This document shows positions 47,850 through 59,208 of a stretch of 64,000 nt of DNA, in pieces (position 1 is the stretch's first letter; every line of letters starts with the position of its first letter). The position numbers were made by a program, and so were the translations under genes. The notes below the pieces were generated by a model, which saw only the letters and a program-made list of their open reading frames with translations, was not told the origin of the DNA and ran no database searches. The stretch comes from an uncultured Chlamydiales bacterium (GTDB taxonomy: Bacteria > Chlamydiota > Chlamydiia > Chlamydiales > Rhabdochlamydiaceae), in contig OY969554.1 of NCBI GenBank assembly GCA_963700985.1, positions 1,984,001-2,048,000 of the forward strand, written 5' to 3'.

Positions 47850-49556
47850 ATGCACAAACGCGTTTCTCATAAAAGATGGTCTTGGCGAGAGTTTATTCCT
47901 AAGCTCTGGATATGCCTAAGAGAGGGGTATACTTCAGCTCTTTTTAAAAAAGACCTAGTCGCTGGAATCACAGTAGGTATTGTCGCTCTTCCTCTAGCCA
48001 TGGCTTTTGGCATCGCTTCAGGTGTAACTCCGGCACAAGGGTTATATACCGCAATTGTAGCCGGTTTCCTCATCTCACTTTTGGGTGGAAGCCGTGTGCA
48101 GATCGGCGGGCCAACGGGCGCTTTTGTGGTCATCGTTTATGATATCATCCAGAGACAGGGCTATGAGGGTTTGATTATTGCTACTTTGTTAGCTGGCCTC
48201 TTGCTGATTGTAATTGGGCTTTGTCGGCTAGGCAGTTGGATCAAATACATTCCCTATCCGCTTATCACAGGATTTACTAGTGGCATTGCTGTGTTGATCT
48301 TCTCTTCGCAAATTAAGGATTTTTTCGGTTTACAGATGGGCACACCGCCTGCGGATTTTATCGAAAAATGGTCGACCTACGTTCATCTACTGCCCACGCT
48401 TGATCCTACGACTCTGTATGTAGGGGCGGGCACTCTAATACTTATCTTGCTTATCCGGCGGTTTATACCTGTGGTTCCTTGGGGGATTACTTCAATAGCC
48501 TGTTCGACGGCTGTCTGCTTCTTTTTCGGATGGAATATCGACACGATTTATACCCGGTTTGGAGATCTTCCCAGAACACTGCCTTTTCCATCTTTTCCTT
48601 CTTTGCAGATGAATTTTTCCAGTTTTCAGGCGCTTATTCCCGATGCGCTGGTAATCGCTTTTCTAGCCGGTATAGAATCTCTGCTTTCTGCGCTTGTCGC
48701 AGATGGGATGATGGGTGGTCGGCATAAATCGAACTGTGAACTCGTTGGGCAGGGAATAGCCAATTTAGGCGCTGTGGTTTTTGGGGGAATTCCTGCCACA
48801 GGTGCCATTGCGCGTACGGCAACTAATGTTAAAGCAGGCGCAAGAACTCCCATCGCAGGTATCGTGCACGCGCTAACGCTTTTTCTGATTATCTTGGCTT
48901 TCGCTCCCCTGGTTGGCTCTATTCCGTTAGCTGCACTTGCTGCGGTCTTAATAGTGGTTGCCTGGAACATGAGCGAAGCTGAACATTTTTGCCATTTGTT
49001 TAAAGCTCCATTGGGTGATGTAGTCGTGCTGCTTGTCACCTTTTTCCTCACCATTTTTGTAGATCTAACAATGGCAGTTGGTGTGGGAATGCTGCTTGCC
49101 GCTTTTGTATTTATGAAAAGAATGGGAGATCTTTCAGATACGGTTTCAGTGGCAAAACTCTTTAAAGAGACTATCGATGAGTTCCCTGAAAAACATGATC
49201 CCGATGCCATCTCTAAAAAAGACGTTCCTTCAGGAGTTGAAGTCTATGAGATCAGCGGACCCTTTTTCTTTGGAGTGGCAGATAGTCTCAAAGATGTGCT
49301 CGAAGGGATTGAATTTCCCCCTAAAGCATTTATCTTGCGTATGCGCAAGGTGCCATTCATCGATGCATCTGGCATGCATGCCCTAAGAGAGTTTTTTGGA
49401 AAATGCCAGAAACAAAATACCACACTTATTCTCTCAGGTGTGCAGAAAGGGCCCGCCAAAAGCCTCAAAAAGTTTGGTTTTGAAGAACTCATCGGTAAAG
49501 AGAATGTCTATCCTCACATCGATCCTGCTCTAAAACGCGCATGTGAACTTATTTAA
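47850..49556 (+). CDS. SulP-family anion permease with STAS domain
   Basis: GITVGIVALPLAMAF, IGGPTGAF, ATGAIART and GPFFFG...IDASG. Confidence 0.95.
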   Translation: MHKRVSHKRWSWREFIPKLWICLREGYTSALFKKDLVAGITVGIVALPLAMAFGIASGVTPAQGLYTAIVAGFLISLLGGSRVQIGGPTGAFVVIVYDIIQRQGYEGLIIATLLAGLLLIVIGLCRLGSWIKYIPYPLITGFTSGIAVLIFSSQIKDFFGLQMGTPPADFIEKWSTYVHLLPTLDPTTLYVGAGTLILILLIRRFIPVVPWGITSIACSTAVCFFFGWNIDTIYTRFGDLPRTLPFPSFPSLQMNFSSFQALIPDALVIAFLAGIESLLSALVADGMMGGRHKSNCELVGQGIANLGAVVFGGIPATGAIARTATNVKAGARTPIAGIVHALTLFLIILAFAPLVGSIPLAALAAVLIVVAWNMSEAEHFCHLFKAPLGDVVVLLVTFFLTIFVDLTMAVGVGMLLAAFVFMKRMGDLSDTVSVAKLFKETIDEFPEKHDPDAISKKDVPSGVEVYEISGPFFFGVADSLKDVLEGIEFPPKAFILRMRKVPFIDASGMHALREFFGKCQKQNTTLILSGVQKGPAKSLKKFGFEELIGKENVYPHIDPALKRACELI

Positions 49557-49604
49557 AAACGAGCGATATAAATCTTTAATCATTGAAAATAAGTCGCTTA
49601 TATA

Positions 49605-49668
49605 TGACCAAAACTAGACATGTCGTAAAATAGTCGCGACTAAAACGCGATATATCGTAAAATAGTCA
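49605..49668. repeat. Two tandem 32-bp imperfect palindromes (putative operators) abutting the AAA gene start
   Basis: TGACCAAAACTAGACA|TGTCGTAAAATAGTCG followed by CGACTAAAACGCGATA|TATCGTAAAATAGTCA. Confidence 0.7.
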
Positions 49669-49669
49669 T

Positions 49670-50878
49670 ATGAGAAGAATCTATCAGGAAATCATCCGCG
49701 ACCATCTTTCTAAGCTTAGGCAGATGGTTTTTTTAATGGGCCCGAGACAAGTCGGAAAAACGACTGTTAGTCTAGAGGTAGCGGGAGAATGGGCTCGGCA
49801 TTTCTATTTCAACTGGGACAATTCGGCAGAACGGCTGCTCTTTTTAGAAGGAACTGAGGCGGTTGCCTTACAAGTTGGGCTAAAAGAGCTTGCACAAGAG
49901 AAGCCTGTTCTTATATTCGATGAGATCCATAAGTTCGGGAAATGGAAGAATTTCCTAAAAGGCTTTTTCGACAGATATGAGAAGTCAGTCAAAGTAATTG
50001 TTACTGGAAGCGCACGCCTGAATGTCTATAAAAAGGGCGGAGATAGTTTAATGGGTCGATACTTCTATTATAGAATTCACCCTCTTTCAGTGGCTGAAAT
50101 TGTCTCTCCTTATCTGATCGAGGAAGAGATTCGTAAAAATCCCAAGCCTATTTCCGATGAAGATTGGTTAGCTCTTCTAGAGCATGGGGGATTTCCAGAA
50201 CCGTTTATCCAACGCTCAAAAAAATTTTCTCAACGTCTACAATCCATCCGCAAAGATCAACTATTTCGGGAAGATATTCGAGACGGCACTAGAATCCAAG
50301 AGTTAGCTCAGATTGAACTTCTCGCAGAACTTCTTAGAAAGCAAGCATCTCAGTCAATGGATTACCAATCTTTAGCTAAAAAAGTGGGTGTTTCTGGCGA
50401 TACTATTCGTCGCTGGATAGAAGTACTTAAATCCTTTTATTATTGCTTTTCAATTCAGCCGTGGTCGAAAAATATCAGCCGTTCACTATTAAAAGAGCCT
50501 AAACTTTATCTGTGGGATTGGTCACTGATTGAAGATGAGGGACATCGTAACGAGAATCTCGTGGCGAGTCACCTTCTTAAAGCTATTCACTTCTGGATCG
50601 ATCGAGGATTGGGGGATTTTGGTCTCTACTATTTGCGCACCAAAGATAAGATTGAGACTGATTTTATAGTTACGAAAAATGGAAAGCCATGGTTTCTGGT
50701 CGAGGTTAAAACCAAAGTAACAGGGTTATCTTCAGCTCTCTATCATTTTCAAAAGGAAACTCAAGCTCCGCATGCCTTTCAGGTGACCTTCAATCTTCCC
50801 TTCGTTCAGAAGAACTGCTTTGAAGAGAAGGGTCCTATTCTCGTACCAGCACGGACTTTTCTATCCCAACTCGTTTAA
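49670..50878 (+). CDS. AAA+ ATPase with DUF4143 domain (COG1373-like)
   Basis: GPRQVGKT, IFDEIH, TGSA, L.GR, GGFPE, an HTH-like segment, PKLYLWD, ENLV and E.DF...EVK. Confidence 0.9.
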   Translation: MRRIYQEIIRDHLSKLRQMVFLMGPRQVGKTTVSLEVAGEWARHFYFNWDNSAERLLFLEGTEAVALQVGLKELAQEKPVLIFDEIHKFGKWKNFLKGFFDRYEKSVKVIVTGSARLNVYKKGGDSLMGRYFYYRIHPLSVAEIVSPYLIEEEIRKNPKPISDEDWLALLEHGGFPEPFIQRSKKFSQRLQSIRKDQLFREDIRDGTRIQELAQIELLAELLRKQASQSMDYQSLAKKVGVSGDTIRRWIEVLKSFYYCFSIQPWSKNISRSLLKEPKLYLWDWSLIEDEGHRNENLVASHLLKAIHFWIDRGLGDFGLYYLRTKDKIETDFIVTKNGKPWFLVEVKTKVTGLSSALYHFQKETQAPHAFQVTFNLPFVQKNCFEEKGPILVPARTFLSQLV

Positions 50879-50896
50879 GCGATTCTGAATCCATAT

Positions 50897-51808
50897 CTAA
50901 AGATCTAGCTTTAGGAAATTTTCTAATATGCGCCGTTTAGAGATGAACCACTGCCAGTGGTTTTTGCGCAGGCGTATAGGTTTAAAATTGGGGATCCATG
51001 AAGGGGGAGTAACCACAGTGCCCATAGTCCAACCGGGTCTCCATAGCCGCATGCGCTTAGGTTCATCGGCGATGGTGAGGGTAGGAAGCCCGAAATTCGA
51101 AGCGAGATGTCCCATGAGGGAGTCATTGCCAATCAAAGCTCCTGACTCATATGTGAAATGTGCCAGTGCACTTAATGTAGAAAATTCCGGAAGGGGAAAT
51201 CCTAGCCTTTGCGCTGTTTGCCATGTGTCACGTTCTTGAGGACTAACAATAAAAACAGGCGTGTAGCCCTTTTTTTGTAACTCTTGAGCTAAGGCCAGAT
51301 ACTTCTTTTTGCTCCAGTTTTTTTGCACGCAGCTGCTCATGGGGTGCAGGAGGATACGCTGGCTAAAACGACGAAGTATTAATCCTGAGAGCGCTTGTAT
51401 TCCGTTGTCTTTTGAAGGTGCTTCTTTTTGTAGAAGCCTAGCTATGGCAATTGCCATATTTTCTGCAAATGGGATTTTCTCATCAAAGCACTGATCGAGA
51501 GAGGTGAGGGGGCCATGCTTTTTCAGGGAGTAACTCGGATAAAAGATGCTTAAGTTTTTGACCTGTTGCTTGAGCGATTCGATTTTTGAAGAGTTGTCAT
51601 TTTCGACGATTATGAGATCCCAAGCTTCGAAAGAACGGGGAAGCTCACGAATAAAGGTATGCTGGGGAAACCAGTCTTGTAGCTCTACCAGAGCTGGGTG
51701 TGCCGTAGTTACCTGAAAGCCACTTTGACGCAAGCTTTCGGAGGCGATCATCATGAGTAAAGCATCGCCGATGCCACGCGCTGGAAGAACGAGTGCGGTT
51801 TTTTGCAT
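50897..51808 (-). CDS. Glycosyltransferase family 9 (heptosyltransferase-like)
   Basis: GIGDALL, HP.S...K.W and IGNDS..GHLA. Confidence 0.8.
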   Translation of the reverse strand: MQKTALVLPARGIGDALLMMIASESLRQSGFQVTTAHPALVELQDWFPQHTFIRELPRSFEAWDLIIVENDNSSKIESLKQQVKNLSIFYPSYSLKKHGPLTSLDQCFDEKIPFAENMAIAIARLLQKEAPSKDNGIQALSGLILRRFSQRILLHPMSSCVQKNWSKKKYLALAQELQKKGYTPVFIVSPQERDTWQTAQRLGFPLPEFSTLSALAHFTYESGALIGNDSLMGHLASNFGLPTLTIADEPKRMRLWRPGWTMGTVVTPPSWIPNFKPIRLRKNHWQWFISKRRILENFLKLDL

Positions 51809-51825
51809 CGGCGGATGTTGACTTC

Positions 51826-53460
<1,635 letters not shown>

Positions 53461-53517
53461 TTAGAAGTGGTAACTATAGGTTAAAAAAGGAAATTTAGCA
53501 AGCTGAGAGCTGTAAAT

Positions 53518-53544
53518 TTAGCAAATGAGATAATCGTCTGCTAA
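53518..53544. promoter_or_regulatory. CIRCE-like operator upstream of the groEL paralog
   Basis: TTAGCAAAT-N9-GTCTGCTAA, equivalent to TTAGCA-N15-TGCTAA. Confidence 0.7.
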
Positions 53545-53545
53545 A

Positions 53546-54268
53546 TCAAGGAGTTTTTATATCGCCTGGTTTGGGATATTTGCGTTTTTTGGGAGCTTTG
53601 ACTTCAGCTTGGCCGTTGATTAGCATGACAAATTCGCCGCGAGGTACGTTTTTGCCAAAATGCGCAATCAATTCGGGGGCAGTACCTTGCAGGCGCTGTT
53701 CGTGGATTTTAGTGAGTTCACGCACGAGCACAATGCTTCTGGCTGGGTCTAGCGCTTCTATGATGCGCAAAGTATGGACCACGCGATAGGGGCTTTCATA
53801 GCAGATGCTGGTGCCCCTATAGGCTAGACATTCACCTATGATGCGTTTAAGGACGCTCTTTTTTTTGGGCAGAAAACCGAGCATCTGGAATTGATCGGTT
53901 GCAAGTCCCGATATGGTTAACGCTACAACCGCAGCACATGCGCCGGGTATTGATGTAATTGGCAGGCCATTTTCTAGACAGCGTTTAACCAGAATCTCGC
54001 CAGGGTCAGAAATTGAAGGTGTGCCGGCATCTGTAATTAGGGCAATGTTAAGACCTGACTTAAGATCGGCGATGACTTCATCAGAGCGTCTTTTTTCATT
54101 GAACTGATGATAGCTTTTTAATGGCTTCTGAATTTGATGATGCGCAAGAAGTCTTTGACTGTGACGTGTGTCTTCGCACAAAATGTAATCGCATAAGCGC
54201 AGTGTATCTAGTGCACGCAGGGTGATATCTGCAAGATTGCCAATAGGTGTTGCGATGAGATATAACAA
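53546..54268 (-). CDS. rsmI: 16S rRNA (cytidine1402-2'-O)-methyltransferase RsmI
   Basis: LYLIATPIGNL.DIT.RA, CEDTR, DAGTP.ISDPG, YESPYR and RELTK.HE; TTG start at 54268. Confidence 0.95.
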   Translation of the reverse strand: MLYLIATPIGNLADITLRALDTLRLCDYILCEDTRHSQRLLAHHQIQKPLKSYHQFNEKRRSDEVIADLKSGLNIALITDAGTPSISDPGEILVKRCLENGLPITSIPGACAAVVALTISGLATDQFQMLGFLPKKKSVLKRIIGECLAYRGTSICYESPYRVVHTLRIIEALDPARSIVLVRELTKIHEQRLQGTAPELIAHFGKNVPRGEFVMLINGQAEVKAPKKRKYPKPGDIKTP

Positions 54269-54294
54269 AAGCTTTGTAGAACGTTGTAAGGTAA

Positions 54295-54366
54295 AGGTGG
54301 CACCCAGGGTTGAACTGGGGTATGGGAGCTTTGCAGGCTCCTGCCTTACCACTTGGCTATGCCACC
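54295..54366 (-). tRNA. tRNA-Cys (GCA)
   Basis: GGTGGCA/TGCCACC acceptor stem, U73, anticodon arm GGAGC-CTGCAAA-GCTCC; CCA not encoded. Confidence 0.95.
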
Positions 54367-54388
54367 CAAAAGATATCAAAAAGATAAA

Positions 54389-54417
54389 ATTATGCGAGAT
54401 CTGCCTAATGCGGTCAA
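54389..54417 (-). promoter_or_regulatory. Promoter for tRNA-Cys/rsmI
   Basis: Minus strand TTGACC-N17-CATAAT. Confidence 0.6.
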
Positions 54418-54435
54418 GGATCTAAAAAGGATTAT

Positions 54436-55779
54436 ATGAAAGAAAGACCTTTAGCCTGGTTTGCCCAAACGCTGGAAATTCCTGGCACTTATAATAAGAT
54501 AGTCAAGGGAGCCGAGATCGATAGTCGGAAAGTTCAACCCGGCCAACTTTTTTTTGCGCTTCGAGGAAAAAAATTTGATGGGCATGCCTTTTTAAGGGAT
54601 GTGGCAGATCGTGGTGCGGTGGCCGCTGTAGTCGCAAAAGACTATAATGGAGAGAACTTTGGTCTTCAGTTGTTTAAGGTTGAATGCCCCACAATTGCGC
54701 TTCAAACTTTAGCTAAGAGAGAACGGGAAGAGCGCAAGATTCGGGTCATTGCTGTCACGGGCTCGGTTGGGAAAACCACCACTAAAGAATTTCTTGCAGA
54801 TCTTTTGCAGGTCAAATTTCGTACTGCCAAGACACCCGGCAATTCTAATTCGCAAGTCAGTATCCCTTTAAGTATTTTGAATTCTCATGGTGACGAAGAG
54901 CTCTTTGTAATGGAGATGGGCATGAGTGAACCCAATGAGATCGAAAAACTCGTAGAGATTGCGCCCCCTTATCTTGGCTTGATCACACGTGTTGGTCTGG
55001 CTCATGTGGGTGCTTTTACAGATGGGATTGAAGGTGTAGCTCGAGCTAAAGCGCAAATTTTCGCGCATCCGCAAACGCGTTATGGTGTGTATAACGCCGC
55101 ATGTGCAGATTTCTCTGCCGTCACGCAAACGGGAACGTGTGAAAAATTGAGCTTCGCCTATGAGAAGCTCTGTGAGAGACCTGCTGATTATCTGCTTAGC
55201 TGGTCCGGGTCAGCTTTTGTGGCTGAGGAGAAAACCATGCGATCGCCCTCCTTCACTTTGCCATTTCATGCGACTCATCTATGTGAAGATTTTATGGCGG
55301 CAGCTGCAGCGGCTAGGATTTTGGGCGTCAGTTGGGATGAGATCATAAGCCAAGCTGCTAAGCTTACCGTTTATAAAGCGCGGTTTGAGCAGATTGAGAA
55401 AGATGGAATTCTCTTTATCAATGACGCATATAATGCTAATCCTACTTCAATGCGTGCGGCTTTTGCTAACCTCCCTAAACCCGAGAAAGGGGGAAGGCGC
55501 ATTGGTGTGATTGGTACGATGGTGGAGCTTGGCTCAAATTCGGAGCTTTATCATCGAGAGATTGGTCAAGAAGCGCTAGCGCATTTCGACCATCTTCTTT
55601 GTATTGGTAAGGAGTGTTTGCCGATGATTGAAATCTTTGCAAAGCAGGGCCGATCGGCAGAACATTTTGCTGATCTAGCTAGTTTGCAAGAGCGATTAAC
55701 CAGCTTGGCCCAGCCCAAAGATGTGGTGCTGATTAAAGGCTCAAACTCAGTAAAGTTATGGCAGATTTTGGAAAGATAG
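54436..55779 (+). CDS. murF: UDP-MurNAc-tripeptide--D-Ala-D-Ala ligase
   Basis: DSR, DGH.F, TGSVGKTTTKE, EMGMS, NDAYNANP.SM and IKGS. Confidence 0.95.
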   Translation: MKERPLAWFAQTLEIPGTYNKIVKGAEIDSRKVQPGQLFFALRGKKFDGHAFLRDVADRGAVAAVVAKDYNGENFGLQLFKVECPTIALQTLAKREREERKIRVIAVTGSVGKTTTKEFLADLLQVKFRTAKTPGNSNSQVSIPLSILNSHGDEELFVMEMGMSEPNEIEKLVEIAPPYLGLITRVGLAHVGAFTDGIEGVARAKAQIFAHPQTRYGVYNAACADFSAVTQTGTCEKLSFAYEKLCERPADYLLSWSGSAFVAEEKTMRSPSFTLPFHATHLCEDFMAAAAAARILGVSWDEIISQAAKLTVYKARFEQIEKDGILFINDAYNANPTSMRAAFANLPKPEKGGRRIGVIGTMVELGSNSELYHREIGQEALAHFDHLLCIGKECLPMIEIFAKQGRSAEHFADLASLQERLTSLAQPKDVVLIKGSNSVKLWQILER

Positions 55780-55835
55780 CTATTTTTTCGGCAAGTTTGT
55801 AAGATCTCGATTGGTTTTTTCTTCAGGATCTATTT

Positions 55836-57071
55836 GTGCTGCTTTTTCTTATAGAGTTTTTCAATAGCGCGTTCGGGATGAAAATCCCAGCGGTGTTCTC
55901 TTATGCGTCCACTCGGATGATGCTGGCTGCTATCACCGCGCTTCTATTTACCATTCTTCTTGGGCCTCGCTTTATTCATCGACTCTATTCCCTAAAGACA
56001 GGGCAATCGATCCGTGTTGAGGATTGTCCGATGCTGGCAGAGCTTCATCAGAAAAAGAAGGATACGCCGACGATGGGGGGGATTCTCATCCTTTCTGCTA
56101 TGCTGCTCTCGATGTTCCTCTGGATGGATCTACGTAGCTCATTTACTCTGCTCTTTTTTATCACGACCATCTGGCTGGGATTAATCGGCGGATATGATGA
56201 CTATCTCAAGCTAAAGTATAAAAATTCCAAAGGTCTAGCCAGCAAAAAGAAACTCCTTTTCCAAATTATTCTTGCAGCGCTTATTGGCCTTTATACGCTT
56301 TGTCCTACGGTTTCAAATGCAGTGCATGTCGGCAAATGGTTTGCTCCACCCACAGCCAAAGAGTTAGTGCGCATGCCCGCTAAAGAAGCTGAAAATGTGA
56401 AGAGTGAAATAAAAACAGTCACGCTTTCTACACAGCAGTATATGGGTTATTATTTTGCCCCATTTGTGAAAGATCCGATCTTTCTCTTAAAAGGTGGCTT
56501 ACTAGCTCTAGCCTTCTTCTTTACGTTGATTGTGATCACAGGCTCTTCTAATGCCGTCAATTTGACAGATGGCCTCGACGGTCTTGCGGCAGGCTGTCTG
56601 ATGATGACCTCTTTTGTGCTCGGCATCTTTGCCTTTCTTTCAAATAACAGCGAAATGGCGCGCTACCTCAACATTCTCTATATCGAAAATGGAGGCGAGA
56701 TCGCTATTTATCTCTGTGCCATGGCAGGTGCTTGCCTCGGCTTTCTTTGGTATAATGGCTATCCAGCACAGATTTTTATGGGTGATACTGGCTCACTTTC
56801 TCTCGGTGGTATTATTGGCCTTTCAGCCATATTACTGCGCCGTGAACTGCTGCTTGCTGTGGTAGGCGGGATATTTGTAGCCGAAGCTGTTTCTGTCATT
56901 CTCCAAGTCGCAAGTTATAAACTACGCAATCGCAAACGCATCTTCCTCTGCTCACCGCTGCACCACCATTTTGAATATAAAGGGTGGCCTGAAACAAAAG
57001 TGGTGCTCAGATTTTGGATTGTCAGTCTTCTGCTGGCAATCATCGGAATGATATCTCTCAAATTCCAGTGA
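55836..57071 (+). CDS. mraY: Phospho-MurNAc-pentapeptide transferase
   Basis: KKDTPTMGG, DDYLK, NAVNLTDGLDGL, FMGDTGS and PLHHHFE. Confidence 0.97.
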   Translation: MLLFLIEFFNSAFGMKIPAVFSYASTRMMLAAITALLFTILLGPRFIHRLYSLKTGQSIRVEDCPMLAELHQKKKDTPTMGGILILSAMLLSMFLWMDLRSSFTLLFFITTIWLGLIGGYDDYLKLKYKNSKGLASKKKLLFQIILAALIGLYTLCPTVSNAVHVGKWFAPPTAKELVRMPAKEAENVKSEIKTVTLSTQQYMGYYFAPFVKDPIFLLKGGLLALAFFFTLIVITGSSNAVNLTDGLDGLAAGCLMMTSFVLGIFAFLSNNSEMARYLNILYIENGGEIAIYLCAMAGACLGFLWYNGYPAQIFMGDTGSLSLGGIIGLSAILLRRELLLAVVGGIFVAEAVSVILQVASYKLRNRKRIFLCSPLHHHFEYKGWPETKVVLRFWIVSLLLAIIGMISLKFQ

Positions 57072-57078
57072 TAATACC

Positions 57079-58410
57079 ATGAAAAAAGCGCTTATCCTCG
57101 GTCTTGGCATTAGCGGAAGAGCTGCGGTAGAGTTTCTGCTCAAACACGGCTATAAGGTTGTGGCAGTTGAGAGAAATGCTGAGCTTGTGAAAACACATCC
57201 TGAGGTACAAAGACTTATAAAAATGGGCTTAACTGCCTACAGCGAACCCGTTGAGATTGAGCTTGCAGACATCGATCTGCTCGTGCCATCTCCTGGCGTG
57301 CCTCAAAATCACCCTCTATATGAAGCTGCTCTCAAAAGTGGCATAGAAATAATCGGCGAAGCGGAGTTGGCTTTTAGGTACATGCAGCAAAAAGCTGTGG
57401 CTATCACTGGCACGAATGGTAAGACGACAGTTACTCTACTTGTTGAACATATTCTGAATGCCAGCGGACATAAAGCTAAAGCTCTCGGTAATGTCGGCCA
57501 GCCTTTAACTGCCTATTTTCTGAATCCAGATCCCGATGAGATCGTCGTAGCCGAGCTAAGTTCCTATCAGCTGGAAACGATGAGCACGCCAGTATTTGAA
57601 GCAGCAGTGCTCTTGAACATTACGCCGGATCATCTCGATCGCTACCCCAATATGCTCGAATATGCGCGAGCCAAATGCCGGTTAGAGTTTTGCCTTAAAC
57701 ACGATGCACCTTTTTTCATTTATGCGCAGGCGGCAAATGAGTACGGTCAATTTTTAAATAAAGATTTTTTTACTTTTGGACTAACACCTGCTTCTCATTT
57801 CTGGACCGACCGAGTGAAAAGCTATAATCGAGACAAGGTTGAATACATATTGCCTGTCGGCTATAGAGAAATGGGGAACCACGAAAGCGAGAACGTTTTA
57901 GCTGCTTGGCTGCTGGTGCGCAAGTTTGGGGTTACTGCAGAGCAATTTATCTCCGCAGTAGAGAGCTTTCAAAAGCCGCCACATCGCATTGAGTTTGTAA
58001 CAGCAATCGAGGGAATTTCGTTTTTTGATGATAGCAAGGGGACTAACCTCGATGCAGTCATCCAAGCGGTGAGGACTATGCAAGGACCGGTGATCTTGAT
58101 CGCTGGAGGGGTGGATAAAGGAGCCTCTTATAAGCCATGGATCGCAGCTTTTGAGAAGCGTGTGAAAAAAATTGTGGCGCTAGGTCAAGCTGCACCCAAG
58201 ATTCAAGAAGAGTTAGGAAAAGCCATAGAGGTAGAAATGGTGGAGTCGATGCAAGATGCTGTCTCTCAAGCTCGCAAGTGGGCCGTAAGAGGGGATATGG
58301 TGCTTCTTTCTCCGGGCTGTTCCAGTTTTGATATGTTTCGCGATTATGCCCACAGGGGCGAAGAATTTAAACGATGCATCAACGATTTAGAAGAGAAGAG
58401 AGGAAAATAA
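57079..58410 (+). CDS. murD: UDP-MurNAc-L-Ala--D-Glu ligase
   Basis: GLGISG, SPGVP, TGTNGKTT, ELSSYQL, DHLDRY, DDSKGTN and LSPGCSSFD. Confidence 0.96.
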   Translation: MKKALILGLGISGRAAVEFLLKHGYKVVAVERNAELVKTHPEVQRLIKMGLTAYSEPVEIELADIDLLVPSPGVPQNHPLYEAALKSGIEIIGEAELAFRYMQQKAVAITGTNGKTTVTLLVEHILNASGHKAKALGNVGQPLTAYFLNPDPDEIVVAELSSYQLETMSTPVFEAAVLLNITPDHLDRYPNMLEYARAKCRLEFCLKHDAPFFIYAQAANEYGQFLNKDFFTFGLTPASHFWTDRVKSYNRDKVEYILPVGYREMGNHESENVLAAWLLVRKFGVTAEQFISAVESFQKPPHRIEFVTAIEGISFFDDSKGTNLDAVIQAVRTMQGPVILIAGGVDKGASYKPWIAAFEKRVKKIVALGQAAPKIQEELGKAIEVEMVESMQDAVSQARKWAVRGDMVLLSPGCSSFDMFRDYAHRGEEFKRCINDLEEKRGK

Positions 58411-58411
58411 C

Positions 58412-59200
58412 ATGAGCCGTAGAGATCTCATCATCATCGCCGTGCTTGTCAATGCCGGCTTAATGACAATTTTTTTTGTAAGTGCGCTTAAGTCAGATAG
58501 TGCAGATGAAGGAACTTTTGCTTCCAATTCAAACCAAACTTCGAGCTTTTCGGATGTGAAAATGGCCACGGCTGCTGCACCTTCAGATGAGATCGATCAG
58601 GTTTTGCGAGAGCATAGCACAGGAGCTATGACAGCACCTGTAGCTACACTTGCGCCTGCTGCTTCATCCTCAGCTCCCTCAGCAACATCCTCCATTATGC
58701 CAACTTCTCCACCATTATCCAATTCAGCTTCGGCTCCAAGCTTTGCTGACGACCTTAAAGCGATTTCTATGTCAGAAAGCGCTCCTGCTGTGGGCTTTTC
58801 CACATCTGCGCCTGAGGTAGCTGAAAAACCGAGCCGCTCTTTTACCGAAGTCCACGTCAAAAAAGGGGATGTATTAGAGAAGATTGCTCGTCAACATGGT
58901 GTGAGCGTGGATGAGATCATGAAAGCCAACCAGCTCGCTTCTACACGCTTGAAAATTGGCCAAGCTTTAAAAATTCCAGCTAAAGCCCCAAAAAGCGAAA
59001 AAGCACCTTCAGCACTTGCAAGTGCAGCTGCTAGTAAGGGAGATGCTTCTGCACAGTACTACACGGTAAAAAATGGCGATAATCCTTGGACAATCGCTGT
59101 GAAGAACCACATAAAAGTAGAAGAGCTCCTAAAACTTAACGGACTTAACGAAGAGAAAGCGCGTAGCCTGAAACCTGGCGATAAATTGCGTATTCGTTAG
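58412..59200 (+). CDS. Membrane-anchored protein with two LysM domains (chlamydial NlpD-like)
   Basis: N-terminal TM, S/A/P-rich linker, VKKGDVLEKIA and YTVKNGDNPWTIA LysM repeats. Confidence 0.9.
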   Translation: MSRRDLIIIAVLVNAGLMTIFFVSALKSDSADEGTFASNSNQTSSFSDVKMATAAAPSDEIDQVLREHSTGAMTAPVATLAPAASSSAPSATSSIMPTSPPLSNSASAPSFADDLKAISMSESAPAVGFSTSAPEVAEKPSRSFTEVHVKKGDVLEKIARQHGVSVDEIMKANQLASTRLKIGQALKIPAKAPKSEKAPSALASAAASKGDASAQYYTVKNGDNPWTIAVKNHIKVEELLKLNGLNEEKARSLKPGDKLRIR

Positions 59201-59208
59201 AAAAAAAC

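Noticed and set aside
54269-54379. N-terminal extension of the rsmI ORF
   Set aside because: Overlaps tRNA-Cys; RsmI homology starts at TTG 54268
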